Position numbers and translations under genes: made by a program | The notes under the pieces: model-generated | What the model was told of the DNA's origin: nothing | The model's database searches: none | What the model saw: only the letters and a program-made list of their open reading frames with translations | In this document: positions 54,202 through 63,763 of the stretch, in pieces | Numbering within the stretch: position 1 is the first letter of the stretch | Layout: every line of letters begins with the position of its first letter | Virus record (IMG/VR): IMGVR_UViG_3300036846_000738 | Location: 12,616-76,615 of that record | Length of the DNA: 64,000 bases | DNA from: a virus | Strand: one strand, 5' to 3'

Positions 54202-56297
54202 ATCGTCTCCTCTGACACCAGCTTGCCCGGCCGCTTCGAATCGTTGACGAACAGCCCCTTGCGCTTGACGCCCTTCGATGTCGTGGTGGCAACTGCGCGT
54301 TCGGTCAGCAGTCCGGACTTCATCCAAGCGTCCAGCACCTTCTGCGCCTCGGTATCGGTGCAGTCGACCACATCGTGAATGATGTTGCCCGCCCAGCGTT
54401 TGTTGCCGCGGCCCTTGCGCGTCAGCGTGAACAGATCGCGCTCGCCCTTGTCGTCGCGCAGTCCGGCGGCGATGCCATCGAGCATCTGGTTCATCATCTC
54501 GTTGGTGACGCGCTTGAAGATCGTGGTCGGTTCCCACGGCAGCAGCACGCCGATCTCGTCGCCGGGCTCGCTGTCGCTGGCGTTCGGCAGCGTGAAGCTC
54601 TTCTTGAAGAACCATCGCGCGGTGAACGTCACCAAGGTCAGATTGGCCTTGGCGTCATCGAACCGCAGATACTGGTGGCGGTCATCCGGCTTGATGCCGA
54701 AGATCACCGCTTCCTCTTCGGTCATCTGGAACAGCGTCGACACGGTGCGCGCGACACCGACCAGCGCGCCGCCGCCGCGCGCACTGTCCATGTTGCCAGC
54801 CTCGGCGCCAAATTTGCGGGTGTGATGCACCAGCACCACTGCCGCATTGGTGCGCCGCGCGATCTCGCGCCACAACACCGCCGCCCATTTCAGTTCGGAA
54901 TTTGAGTTCTCGTCGCCCTCGAACGTCTCGGCGAACGGATCGACCACCAGCACGTCGAAGGCGTTGTCGGTCATGGTCTGGATCAGCCGCTTCACCATCG
55001 GGGTCCGCACCACGGTCTTGGAGCGCGAATCGGCCTTGGCGATAATGATGTCGCTGGGGTTCTCCGCGATCGCAACCCGCTCGCGCAGCTCCGTGTCGGC
55101 GTCGATCTTCATCTCGTGGCGCGCGGCGTATAAGCGGCGGCACATTTCGTCGTTGTCATCCTCGGCATTGATGATCAGCGTCTTGAAGGAGGCACGCGGT
55201 CGCCAGCCGTTCCATGGTGCGCCGGTCGCCAGCATCAGTCCCCACTGCAGCGTTAGCAGACTCTTGCCGGAGCCCGGTGGCGCCACCAATACCGTGACGT
55301 TGCGCCGGAGCAGCAGGCCGGGCACGATCCATTGCCGCCGCGCGATGGCCTCGCCCTCGATCGGGAACGGGTACAGCACCGGCACCGTGGGCGGCGCCTC
55401 GGTCTTCGGTGACGCATCACTCGGTGCCCACAGCGGGGTCTGCTCGATCAGCGCATAAAGCCGCTCGGCGTTGCCACCGGCGCTGATCCAGTCGCTGACA
55501 TCACCCTTCCAAGGCATCTCGGGCCAGTGCTTCCATAGCTCCAGCACCCGGACCTTGGTCGCGACATCCGCCAGCGCCTGCGCCACCGCCTGCGCATGAT
55601 CCTGACCGGGCAGGATCGGCCTGCCGTCGGAATGGCACATCGGGGCGCCGGTCTTGGGATGCCGCTTCTGCGGATCGCGGTCGGGGATGATGACGACGTC
55701 GGCACCGCGGAAATATTCGCTCAGCTCGTCGCGCCATTTGCCAGCGCCACCGGGATTGCAGGTCGCCGGAACACCGATCGACCATAACCGGTCGACGTCC
55801 CGTTCGCCCTCGACGATGCAGATCACGCGGTCGACATTGTCCATCAGTCGCGGCAGGCGATACGGCACATGCTTGACGCCCTTGACGCTCCACACCCAGC
55901 CGCCATGGCCGTCGGGGCGCCGCTGCCGGAAATCCTTTGGATCGAACCGGCACACCTGAAACAACAGTTCGCCGTCCTGATCGGTGTAGTCGTAGGTGGC
56001 GACGATCTTGGCGCGCGGCTGCTGGCCGCCGTTGCTGTGAATGGTCTCGAACACGAAGCCGCGGCTCTTCAACCAGTCGAGCCGGTCCTGTCCCGTGAGC
56101 TGGGTCTCGCGCGTCACCAGATCGAGCACGCCACCACCCTCGTTGGCCTCATGGTCAAACCATTGGCCGTTGACCAGATCGACCGACAGCGAGCCGTGCG
56201 CGCCATAGCGCAGCTCGGTGATTGACGACATCGCCCGGTTGGGCTCGCCAAGCAGACTTTGGGCCAAAGGCCCTATGATCTGCGCGAACTCTGTCAT
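54198..56297 (-). CDS. Primase-helicase (TOPRIM plus AAA_25/RepA-type)
   Basis: IVEGERDV, IIPDRD, GDVSDW; APPGSGKS, NAEDD, LVVDPF, LVHHTRK. Confidence 0.9.
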   Translation of the reverse strand: MTEFAQIIGPLAQSLLGEPNRAMSSITELRYGAHGSLSVDLVNGQWFDHEANEGGGVLDLVTRETQLTGQDRLDWLKSRGFVFETIHSNGGQQPRAKIVATYDYTDQDGELLFQVCRFDPKDFRQRRPDGHGGWVWSVKGVKHVPYRLPRLMDNVDRVICIVEGERDVDRLWSIGVPATCNPGGAGKWRDELSEYFRGADVVIIPDRDPQKRHPKTGAPMCHSDGRPILPGQDHAQAVAQALADVATKVRVLELWKHWPEMPWKGDVSDWISAGGNAERLYALIEQTPLWAPSDASPKTEAPPTVPVLYPFPIEGEAIARRQWIVPGLLLRRNVTVLVAPPGSGKSLLTLQWGLMLATGAPWNGWRPRASFKTLIINAEDDNDEMCRRLYAARHEMKIDADTELRERVAIAENPSDIIIAKADSRSKTVVRTPMVKRLIQTMTDNAFDVLVVDPFAETFEGDENSNSELKWAAVLWREIARRTNAAVVLVHHTRKFGAEAGNMDSARGGGALVGVARTVSTLFQMTEEEAVIFGIKPDDRHQYLRFDDAKANLTLVTFTARWFFKKSFTLPNASDSEPGDEIGVLLPWEPTTIFKRVTNEMMNQMLDGIAAGLRDDKGERDLFTLTRKGRGNKRWAGNIIHDVVDCTDTEAQKVLDAWMKSGLLTERAVATTTSKGVKRKGLFVNDSKRPGKLVSEETI

Positions 56298-56764
56298 GCC
56301 GGTTGCGTTTCAAAAGCGTGACGGCCAGCCAAGTGGCTGTGACGCTGGCAGTACGGTCTGCCACTCGACAGGCAGGCGGTCGTGATCCCGCAATACAGCC
56401 GCTCCGAATGCGGCGCGCCGATTTGCCACAACGGGTAGCGGCACGAGGCATCGACCAGATCGTAGATCGTGCAGCGATAGTCGCGCTCGGGATCAATAAC
56501 TTCCATCGGCTCCTCATTGATGGTCTTGGTGCAGGTGGAGCGGCGGCGCGTGGGGCAGACGCTGACGACGACGGGACGCTTGCTGTCGATGATCACGCCG
56601 CGGCGCGGCAACTCCAGCCGGTGGGCCTTGCCGATCGCCGCGCTGCGACTGACGCCGATCTCGGCCGCGATCAGGCTGAACGATTTGCCCTCACGGTATA
56701 ATTGCTGCAGTCGCTCGACTTGTGTCTCATCCCAGTAATTTGCTGCTGTGATGCCCATTGCCAA
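56294..56764 (-). CDS. GcrA-like cell-cycle regulator homologue
   Basis: W....VE.L..L..EG.S.S.IA..IGVSRSA.IGKAHRL; CRYP, YCG, PYC..H. Confidence 0.85.
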   Translation of the reverse strand: MAMGITAANYWDETQVERLQQLYREGKSFSLIAAEIGVSRSAAIGKAHRLELPRRGVIIDSKRPVVVSVCPTRRRSTCTKTINEEPMEVIDPERDYRCTIYDLVDASCRYPLWQIGAPHSERLYCGITTACLSSGRPYCQRHSHLAGRHAFETQPA

Positions 56765-56777
56765 AGCCCTGTGTTTG

Positions 56778-57218
56778 TCATTGCACTTTCATCCCCCGGA
56801 GGATTCGCCAGTCGACCAGCGTCGCGATGGCGTCGTCGAAACTGTTGGTCATGAGATAGCCGTGCCCGGCCCGGATCAGATGCTTGGCGATCGCGACCTG
56901 CTCCTCGCTCAAGTCTCCGCCCTGCCGTTTCAATTCCAGAAAACAACAGCGCCCCTGCAGGTGGAAAAACTGGAAATCCGGAAAGCCGGGGTTCAGTCCC
57001 ATCCGCTGCAGCCGCGCGCCGGTCAGCGACACGCGCTCGCCCCTGATGACCTCATGCGGTCGCGCCTCACCGGCCGGAAAGTGACTCCAAATCCAGCCCG
57101 GCAAAATCCAGCGCCGCACGGTGTCGGCGACCGCACAATGCAGCGCGAACTCTTTCGGCGGCGGCGGCCGGGTGCCGCGCTGTCGCTTGCCCTTGAAGAG
57201 TGAGAGCTGGCCGGTCAT
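56778..57218 (-). CDS. VRR-NUC domain nuclease
   Basis: HFPAGE, G...GFPD, FLELK..GG.LS.EQ. Confidence 0.8.
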   Translation of the reverse strand: MTGQLSLFKGKRQRGTRPPPPKEFALHCAVADTVRRWILPGWIWSHFPAGEARPHEVIRGERVSLTGARLQRMGLNPGFPDFQFFHLQGRCCFLELKRQGGDLSEEQVAIAKHLIRAGHGYLMTNSFDDAIATLVDWRILRGMKVQ

Positions 57219-57638
57219 TCAGAACATGCTCTGTTGTTGCACCCCGCCGCGAACGGCGTTCTCGACACATTGCCGGTGCGCCCATCGATTCGATCGTTCC
57301 GGCAGCGAGATGCCATGACCGCCGCCGCCCGCGCGCTGCATCACCCAGCCCGCGGTCCATTGATGGATGCCGTCGGCCTGCGTGTTGAGTTCGCTGCCGC
57401 AAAATTCGCAAGTCGCGCGGAAGCGGCTTGGAATCGGAGGTGGTGTTCGAACTGCTTGCTCCACTGGCTTCTCCTCTCGTGCTTCGGCGATGTGCGCGGC
57501 GCAGTACCACTGCCCGAGCTTATTGTTCAGCAAGCGGACGCCGATGCCGCGCGAGCCCCACTGCCCGCAATGGCAGTAGTGCAGGAATCGACCACGTTCG
57601 TAGAAGGCGCTCTGGCGAATTGGTTCGGCATTACTCAT
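57219..57638 (-). CDS. Cys/His-rich hypothetical protein
   Basis: HYCHCG.WG, WYC..H, CEFCG. Confidence 0.6.
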   Translation of the reverse strand: MSNAEPIRQSAFYERGRFLHYCHCGQWGSRGIGVRLLNNKLGQWYCAAHIAEAREEKPVEQAVRTPPPIPSRFRATCEFCGSELNTQADGIHQWTAGWVMQRAGGGGHGISLPERSNRWAHRQCVENAVRGGVQQQSMF

Positions 57639-58270
57639 GCTGGCACCCACCGGATGCGATCGATCGTTGCCTTGCCGCGATGCTTACGGTCGAACACAAA
57701 CCACGCGAACGCGATCGCGCTCGATGCGCGGCGACCGTTCCAGCCATCGCGATGCATCATCGGAAGTCGGTTTGCGAAAACATGAACGCGCGCCAGCAAG
57801 CCGGTATCGAGCAGCGGCGCCCGCCGCTCCGATTCCAAGAACGCCAAGCGCAGCAGCATCGCCACCAGCGGCACGACGTCCAATGACTTGACGATGAAGC
57901 GCTCGGCCAGCGCGTAAGGCGGGTTGGTGACGATGGCGTGCGGGGCTGACGTCCCTTCCAGCCTACCCAACTGTTCACAGCGAGACCACGCTTGGGGCTT
58001 TGCCGCACTCAGGAAGTCGAGCACGCGACTGTTGGGGCAGCCGCGATCATTCAGATCGGACGCGATGACCTTATGTCCAGCCTTGCGCAGCACCCTGACG
58101 ATGTTGCCGGTGCCGCAGCACGGCTCCCAGATACAATGCGGCAAGCTCTCGATCGCGAGTAGTGCCGTGACTGCACAGGCGGGCGTGTCGTAGCAATCAT
58201 GGGGATGCAGATGCAGCGGCGCGCGGCCCGCATTGGCTGATTTGTCGAGCCTGTTGGTCGCACGCTGCAT
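57635..58270 (-). CDS. Putative DNA amino-methyltransferase
   Basis: Y.TP, WEPCCGTG, IVTNPPY, LLRLAFLES. Confidence 0.8.
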   Translation of the reverse strand: MQRATNRLDKSANAGRAPLHLHPHDCYDTPACAVTALLAIESLPHCIWEPCCGTGNIVRVLRKAGHKVIASDLNDRGCPNSRVLDFLSAAKPQAWSRCEQLGRLEGTSAPHAIVTNPPYALAERFIVKSLDVVPLVAMLLRLAFLESERRAPLLDTGLLARVHVFANRLPMMHRDGWNGRRASSAIAFAWFVFDRKHRGKATIDRIRWVPA

Positions 58271-58295
58271 TGGCTTTTTACCTTTATTTTTTGCA

Positions 58296-58523
58296 TCAGC
58301 GTTCAACAAATCCCCAAAGCGCGCGCTTGGCACGTCGTGCGCCGCGTTTCTTCAGCTCAGCCTGCATCAGAAAGTAATACTTGGTTGGAAAGCGCTTGCG
58401 ACGGCGCCGCCAGTTGCACACCGCCGCAGTGTCCTGACGAGTCAATCGTCCAACCTCGCGAAGACCCCCGAGGGCTTCAACCACAGCGTCAAATGTTTTG
58501 AGAGGATCGGGAGCGGAGCGCAT
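58296..58523 (-). CDS. Cro-like HTH protein
   Basis: VVEALGG...V.RL......V.NW...FP; first gene of leftward replication operon. Confidence 0.7.
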   Translation of the reverse strand: MRSAPDPLKTFDAVVEALGGLREVGRLTRQDTAAVCNWRRRRKRFPTKYYFLMQAELKKRGARRAKRALWGFVER

Positions 58524-58730
58524 CGCGCGATCATGCGCTGTTCTTTGGCCAGACCAACTGAAAAATTTTTTTTGCAAAGATAGAACTGTAAAAGAAACCA
58601 AGACCGTCGAGCGCCAAGTCTGGAAAATGAGACCGGTAGAAAAAAGATAGGAAAGATAGGAACAAACTCGAAATACGTCACACGTGATGACCATGCGTTA
58701 CGCAGCGTCAGCATGGGAATTTTTTCTCCA

Positions 58731-58758
58731 TTGACAACGATGTGAAGAGGACTAGGTT
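58731..58758 (+). promoter_or_regulatory. Putative rightward sigma70 promoter
   Basis: TTGACA-16 nt-TAGGTT in AT-rich divergent intergenic region. Confidence 0.45.
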
Positions 58759-58889
58759 TGCCGCCTTCGGACGCGGGCATGGCGTGTCGGACGCACCCCT
58801 TGCCGTTAGCTGCCGGTTTCTTGGAAGTCGCCAATATCAATGGTGCCCAGCGCGGCGGCGTGCGGCAGAACTAAAAGCGTCCGTTCCCC

Positions 58890-59690
58890 ATGGTGTTGAC
58901 CGCGGATCAAATCACGCGGAGACAGTTCAAGGTTTCCGCCTCGATGCTGCCGATCCTGATGCACGGCGACGAAGCCGCGCTGCGGCGGCTGTACGCCGAA
59001 GAGATCGGCCTGCTCGAACGCGAGCCTCCCAATTATGCGATGCTGTTCGGTTCTTACGTGGAACCGTTCATACTCAACTTCCACGAGAGTGATACGGGTC
59101 ACCCGATCAGTCGCCGCGGCGAAGTCATCGACCATCCCACCATTCCGGAATTCTGTTGCACCCTCGATGGTTACCGCGCCCACGACGACGCGGTGATCGA
59201 AACGAAATTTCTCTCGACCTACCGCGCCAAGGAAGAATTCGTTCCCTACTACTACCCGCAAGTGCTGGCGCAGATGCGGTGTGTCGGGGCGGAACGCGGC
59301 ATCCTGCTGGTCGCTAAAGGCACCTCGCCGCCGGTCGAGTATGAGATCACGCCCGACGCCGACTACGAAGCCACCATGTGGGCAAGGGTCGAGGCGTTTC
59401 GGATGTGCCTGCGGACCTTCACCCCGCCGGTCCCGATGCCGCGCGTCGTGCCGCCCGACCAGTGGCGGACCGTTGATCTATCGCAAGAGCCGATGCCGAA
59501 CTGGGGCCACCCACTGATGCCGATGCTGCAGCTCTACGAGGACACCCGTGAGGCAGCCGAGATGCACGATCAGGCAGGCCGGGAAGCGCGCGCGCTGGTG
59601 CCAGACGATGTTGGTGTCGTGCTGGCGGGCGATCACAAATTGTCACGCAACCGCAAGGGCAATCTTGCAATCACGAGGGTCAGGTCATGA
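58890..59690 (+). CDS. YqaJ/lambda-exonuclease-like recombination nuclease
   Basis: SAS, G..VEP.I, CTLDG, IETK, YYPQV..QM. Confidence 0.8.
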   Translation: MVLTADQITRRQFKVSASMLPILMHGDEAALRRLYAEEIGLLEREPPNYAMLFGSYVEPFILNFHESDTGHPISRRGEVIDHPTIPEFCCTLDGYRAHDDAVIETKFLSTYRAKEEFVPYYYPQVLAQMRCVGAERGILLVAKGTSPPVEYEITPDADYEATMWARVEAFRMCLRTFTPPVPMPRVVPPDQWRTVDLSQEPMPNWGHPLMPMLQLYEDTREAAEMHDQAGREARALVPDDVGVVLAGDHKLSRNRKGNLAITRVRS

Positions 59691-60493
59691 ACCAGCTCGC
59701 CACGCTCGATCCCCGCGCCAACCTCGAACTCGCAAGGGCGTTCGCCGATTCCAAGATGGTGCCGGAGCACTTCAAGAAGTCGGTCGGCGATTGCTACATC
59801 GCCATCAATCTCGCGCACCGCTACGGCATGGAGCCGTGGATGCTGATGCAGGAGATGTACATCATCCAAGGCCGCCCGATGATGAGCGGCAAGCTCGCCA
59901 CCGCGATCCTCAACAACTCGCTCGCCGAGCCGCTGCGACCGACCTATGCAGGCAAGGACGACGATCGCGAGATCACCCTGACCGGCCGCCCGGAGGGCTC
60001 GGCGCCGCTCTCGGTCACGCTCAAGGTCAAGGACGCCAAGACCGCCAACGAACAATGGAAAAAGAATCCGGATCAAATGCTGATGTATGCCGCCGCCCGG
60101 ATGTGGGGTCGGCGCTACACGCCGGACCTTATTCTCGGCATCGTGTTTGACGACGAGGAGATCACCTCGGGCGCGACCTTGGTGCCGAGCGCTCCGACCA
60201 CCCCGATTGCGGGGCCGCAACCGACAAGCGCCGACGCCCCGTTCGATCCGCACACCGGCGAAGTCGGCGTGGTGGCAAGGGGGCCTGACGAGAAATGGTA
60301 CGACTGGGGCGCGCGTCTCGTCACCACGATCCGCAAGGCCCACGACATCGACACAATCGATCAGTGGCTCGCCGCCAACGCCGAGACGCTGGCGCTGTGC
60401 CAGAAGGAAAGCGCCAAGGTTGCGGGCAACATCGCCACCGCCGTCACCCAGTACAAGCTCGACCTCGTGCGCCGGGAGGATTCGGCAACATGA
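59687..60493 (+). CDS. RecT/Bet-like ssDNA annealing protein (putative)
   Basis: S.MVP.HF....DC, IQGRP, W.K.P.QML.Y.A.R.W.R...PD...G; coupled to exonuclease. Confidence 0.7.
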   Translation: MNQLATLDPRANLELARAFADSKMVPEHFKKSVGDCYIAINLAHRYGMEPWMLMQEMYIIQGRPMMSGKLATAILNNSLAEPLRPTYAGKDDDREITLTGRPEGSAPLSVTLKVKDAKTANEQWKKNPDQMLMYAAARMWGRRYTPDLILGIVFDDEEITSGATLVPSAPTTPIAGPQPTSADAPFDPHTGEVGVVARGPDEKWYDWGARLVTTIRKAHDIDTIDQWLAANAETLALCQKESAKVAGNIATAVTQYKLDLVRREDSAT

Positions 60494-60909
60494 CGTGCGG
60501 AAGGTTCTCGGTCGAAAAGGACGGCGTGCTGCGCGCGATCGACGATGGCGCGCGGGAGATCGCCCGCAAGGTCGGCGAGCAACTGACCGTCGAGGTGATG
60601 TACGACCGCGACATGATTTATCATCGCCGGGTATTCGCCACCATCGGCGACTTGGCCTTGGCCGTGGGACAGTCGGCCGAATGGATGCGCGCCCAACTGC
60701 TTGTCTACACCGGGCTGTGCCATGTCGTCGGCGCGCTCGACGACAGTCGTGTCGTCGCCGTCAATTCGATGTCGCGCCATTCGATGCGCGACGAAGAGCT
60801 GCACCATTTTTGGGAAGACGCAAAGCAGCATGTGGTCGATCGCGTGCTGCCAACGATAAGAAACGAAACTGTGAGGGATCGACTGCATACCGCAGTCACC
60901 GCGTTCTGA
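60490..60909 (+). CDS. DUF1367-like protein
   Basis: R...YHRRVFA, SMS...M...E...F; position after recombinase. Confidence 0.5.
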   Translation: MTCGRFSVEKDGVLRAIDDGAREIARKVGEQLTVEVMYDRDMIYHRRVFATIGDLALAVGQSAEWMRAQLLVYTGLCHVVGALDDSRVVAVNSMSRHSMRDEELHHFWEDAKQHVVDRVLPTIRNETVRDRLHTAVTAF

Positions 60910-61040
60910 TCCGAAAGGATCGGGAGGTCCAAAGCCCGTCGTTGACCTTATCGTCCGTGGTTTCTGTTTCAATCAAGCCCCCGAAACAGGCGCCAAAGTA
61001 TGGTCGGCGGCGGGTGGCGGGTCGAAGAGAGAGGAAGAAC

Positions 61041-61235
61041 ATGGCGTCAACATCAGTCCCAATCCCCGGCGGCTCAAAAGCTCTCGCCGGGTGGCTCGAA
61101 CGCCGCGTCGGCAATCGCGCCAACGCGATGTACGTGGTCGGAAAATTATACAAGTTCTATGCCGCCAGCTTGGAAAAGGAGGCGGCCGATTACGCCAAAG
61201 CCAAACCCCGAAGGAGGAAAGCCGCCCATGGTTAA
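61041..61235 (+). CDS. Hypothetical protein
   Basis: GAGG RBS. Confidence 0.55.
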   Translation: MASTSVPIPGGSKALAGWLERRVGNRANAMYVVGKLYKFYAASLEKEAADYAKAKPRRRKAAHG

Positions 61236-61680
61236 TCAACCCTTGGCACTGAGCCGCAAGAAACCGTTCGACGTCAGCCAGATCGCCGAGACCGAGACGG
61301 ATAGCGAGATCGAGAGGCAGATCGCACGCTTGGGGCCGGTCGACTTTGCCCCGCCCAAGGTGCGGTTGCCGGAAGACATCTCACATAAGGACGGCGTCGG
61401 CGAGGTGGGCCGTCTCTCTGCCGAGGCCGTACTGGCCGAATACGAACAGGCGGCGCGGAGCGTCGAGGCGATGGGTGAAGACGTCAAGGAACGGATCAGG
61501 CGGCTCGAAGCGGCGTTGCTGGAAGCCGACGCCGATCTCAAGACCATTGCCGAAGCGGCGCGTGACATCCGCGAGAAGGGCAAGCTGATTTTTGTCCAGA
61601 TCGAGGAAGCCTCGTCGGTGTCGAACGAAATCCGCACAACCTGCACCGAGTTTCGCAAGAAGGTTGGACACGAAACTTGA
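61228..61680 (+). CDS. Coiled-coil hypothetical protein
   Basis: AGGAGG RBS; heptad pattern. Confidence 0.7.
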   Translation: MVNQPLALSRKKPFDVSQIAETETDSEIERQIARLGPVDFAPPKVRLPEDISHKDGVGEVGRLSAEAVLAEYEQAARSVEAMGEDVKERIRRLEAALLEADADLKTIAEAARDIREKGKLIFVQIEEASSVSNEIRTTCTEFRKKVGHET

Positions 61681-61961
61681 CGACGCCGGGCCGATACTAC
61701 GCGCTGCAATGGTTTGCCGATCACGAAGACCTCGGCGCCACGGCGGTGTTAACCCGCAAATCGCCGTCGAAGAAAATGCGCGGGTGGATGCTCAGGGAAG
61801 GCCAACTGAAAATGATACCGCGCGGCCAGTTCAGTTTCCATAACTCGGTGTTGACAGCCGAGGGCCGCGCGGCGCTGGCCAAGAAGCCAAAGCCGAGACG
61901 GCGACCGAACGCGCAGCGCTATCAAGAGATGCTTGGCGCTTCGCGAGGAGAGTTGAAGTGA
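61677..61961 (+). CDS. Hypothetical protein
   Basis: Coupled; LTAEGRAAL winged-helix-like end. Confidence 0.5.
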   Translation: MTTPGRYYALQWFADHEDLGATAVLTRKSPSKKMRGWMLREGQLKMIPRGQFSFHNSVLTAEGRAALAKKPKPRRRPNAQRYQEMLGASRGELK

Positions 61962-62179
61962 GTGATGAGGAGAGAAAGAACCCGCTGGCGGACTACCAGA
62001 CCGTCACCATGGATGAGATTTGCGACACGCTGTGCATCAAGCGACGCGCGCTCGACCGCATCATCGCTGGCGACAAGACCTTCCCCAAAGAGCTGGCGCT
62101 GCCCGGTCTGCGGCGCTGGTCTCTCAGCGAAGTCGAAGCGTGGTTGGCGGCGCAAGCGACAGGACGGAGCGCGTCATGA
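61958..62179 (+). CDS. AlpA-like HTH protein
   Basis: EIC..L.I.R....R......FPK...L....RW...EVEAWL. Confidence 0.75.
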   Translation: MSDEERKNPLADYQTVTMDEICDTLCIKRRALDRIIAGDKTFPKELALPGLRRWSLSEVEAWLAAQATGRSAS

Positions 62180-62394
62180 GTGACGACGATGTGGTTCAGG
62201 AAAAACTCGCCTACACGATAACTGAGGTCGCCAAGGTCACGGGCTTCAGTGCAGCATCGATTTATCGATGGTGCCATGACGGCAGGCTGCGATTGAAGCG
62301 AGTTGGTGCTCGCACCTTTGTCACCCGCGAAGAATTGTTGCGGTTTCTCGACGAGGCGCCGGAGATCGCGTCCAAGCAACAGGAGCCGAAATAA
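62176..62394 (+). CDS. Excisionase-like HTH_17 protein
   Basis: LAYTITEVAKVTG.S..SIYRW...G.L..KRVG.RT. Confidence 0.8.
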   Translation: MSDDDVVQEKLAYTITEVAKVTGFSAASIYRWCHDGRLRLKRVGARTFVTREELLRFLDEAPEIASKQQEPK

Positions 62395-62395
62395 A

Positions 62396-62743
62396 ATGGT
62401 GTTCACTCGCTATCACGGTTGGCGTGACGAAAAGGGTGCCCACGTTGCGGTCTACAGTGGGTCGGGCTCGCGGCCTCTGCCGTTACGGCTCGATCTCGAC
62501 AATCATTCACCAACCGGCTTCGAGTGGGGTTATGGCGGCAGTGGTCCTGCGCAGTTGGCGCTCGCGCTTCTCGCCGACGCATTGCAAGACGATGGGGCGG
62601 CGTTGCGGCTGCATCAGCCTTTCAAATGGCAGGTGATCGCCAAGCTGTCCGATCGATGGCTGATAAACGCCTGCGACATCGTTGAGTTTCGAAATGCAAA
62701 CGAAACCGGCGCGTCAGAAAGGAGGTCGAGCCCCGCTGACTGA
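62396..62743 (+). CDS. DUF6166-like protein
   Basis: NHSPTGFEWGYGGSGPAQLALALL. Confidence 0.75.
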   Translation: MVFTRYHGWRDEKGAHVAVYSGSGSRPLPLRLDLDNHSPTGFEWGYGGSGPAQLALALLADALQDDGAALRLHQPFKWQVIAKLSDRWLINACDIVEFRNANETGASERRSSPAD

Positions 62744-62790
62744 ATCAGGAATCTTTCGTTCACACGCGCAACCCATAGAGGGAGCTTCAA

Positions 62791-63309
62791 ATGTCATCTT
62801 TCCTAGCATTGATCACGCCAATCGATGGCGGCCTGCATCCGTCGCATCCGATCGCACCCGGCGGGCAGCCTCCGGGAATCTGGCCGTCACCCGGACATCC
62901 GTCCCATCCGATTGCACCGGGCGGACAGCCTCCGGGAATTTGGGGAGGAGCGCCGAGCTACCCTGACATTGGCGGACCACCGCCGCAGCCGGGAATCTGG
63001 CCGTCGCCGGGACACCCGTCGCATCCGATCGCACCCGGCGGACAGCCTCCGGGAATCTGGCCGTCGCCGGGACATCCGTCGCATCCGATTGCGCCGGGCG
63101 GGCAACCTCCGGGAATTTGGGGTGGCGGCAACGAGCCCTTCCCGACTCCTCCCATCTTCATCGGGCCGCCAGCGGAGCAGCCCGCCGACAGGCCGATCGA
63201 GTGGCATTCGGCATGGTCGCCACAGACCGGCTGGATCGTGGTCGGCGTGCCGACTGTCCCGGTGCCGACGCCGTCAGCATCACCCGACAGCGCCGCAAAG
63301 CAGCAGTAA
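62791..63309 (+). CDS. Pro/Gly-rich tandem-repeat protein (HPSHPIAPGGQPPGIW)
   Basis: GGGAG RBS; four copies of the unit with third-position variation; hairpin 63317-63359 downstream. Confidence 0.75.
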   Translation: MSSFLALITPIDGGLHPSHPIAPGGQPPGIWPSPGHPSHPIAPGGQPPGIWGGAPSYPDIGGPPPQPGIWPSPGHPSHPIAPGGQPPGIWPSPGHPSHPIAPGGQPPGIWGGGNEPFPTPPIFIGPPAEQPADRPIEWHSAWSPQTGWIVVGVPTVPVPTPSASPDSAAKQQ

Positions 63310-63379
63310 CCGCTGTGAATGAAGGGAGGAGGCGCTTAGCGCGTCCTCCTCCCTCATTCCAAACAGCACGAGTGATCCA

Positions 63380-63763
63380 GTGCCGCGCAAGAGTTTTCTG
63401 ATCGCCGCATTGTTAGCGTGGACCGGCATCGTCGCGGCGATGATTTCGTCGGCGCGCGAACCGGTGACAGTGACACCGGCCGCGGCACTCGACGAGCGTT
63501 GGCCAGCGGAAGAAACGTCGACGCTGAAGAAACAGGATCGCCTTCCGCTGCCGCAGCTCGATCCGTTGCCGGTCAAGACCGAGACCATCACGCCAGTGCC
63601 GCCGCCGCCGATGCTGCCGCCCGAGAAGGCGGTGGTCGTTGTGCCGGAAAAAGCACAGCGCGAAAAAGCACAACACGAATTTGAGCCCGACGGCATCTGC
63701 AGTCGCGGCAAGATTTGGCGAACGGGACGACATGGGTGGAAATCTTGGAGATGCCGACGATGA
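63380..63763 (+). CDS. Hypothetical exported/membrane protein
   Basis: Hydrophobic N-terminus, KKQDRL, C-terminal IC...SWRCRR. Confidence 0.65.
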   Translation: MPRKSFLIAALLAWTGIVAAMISSAREPVTVTPAAALDERWPAEETSTLKKQDRLPLPQLDPLPVKTETITPVPPPPMLPPEKAVVVVPEKAQREKAQHEFEPDGICSRGKIWRTGRHGWKSWRCRR

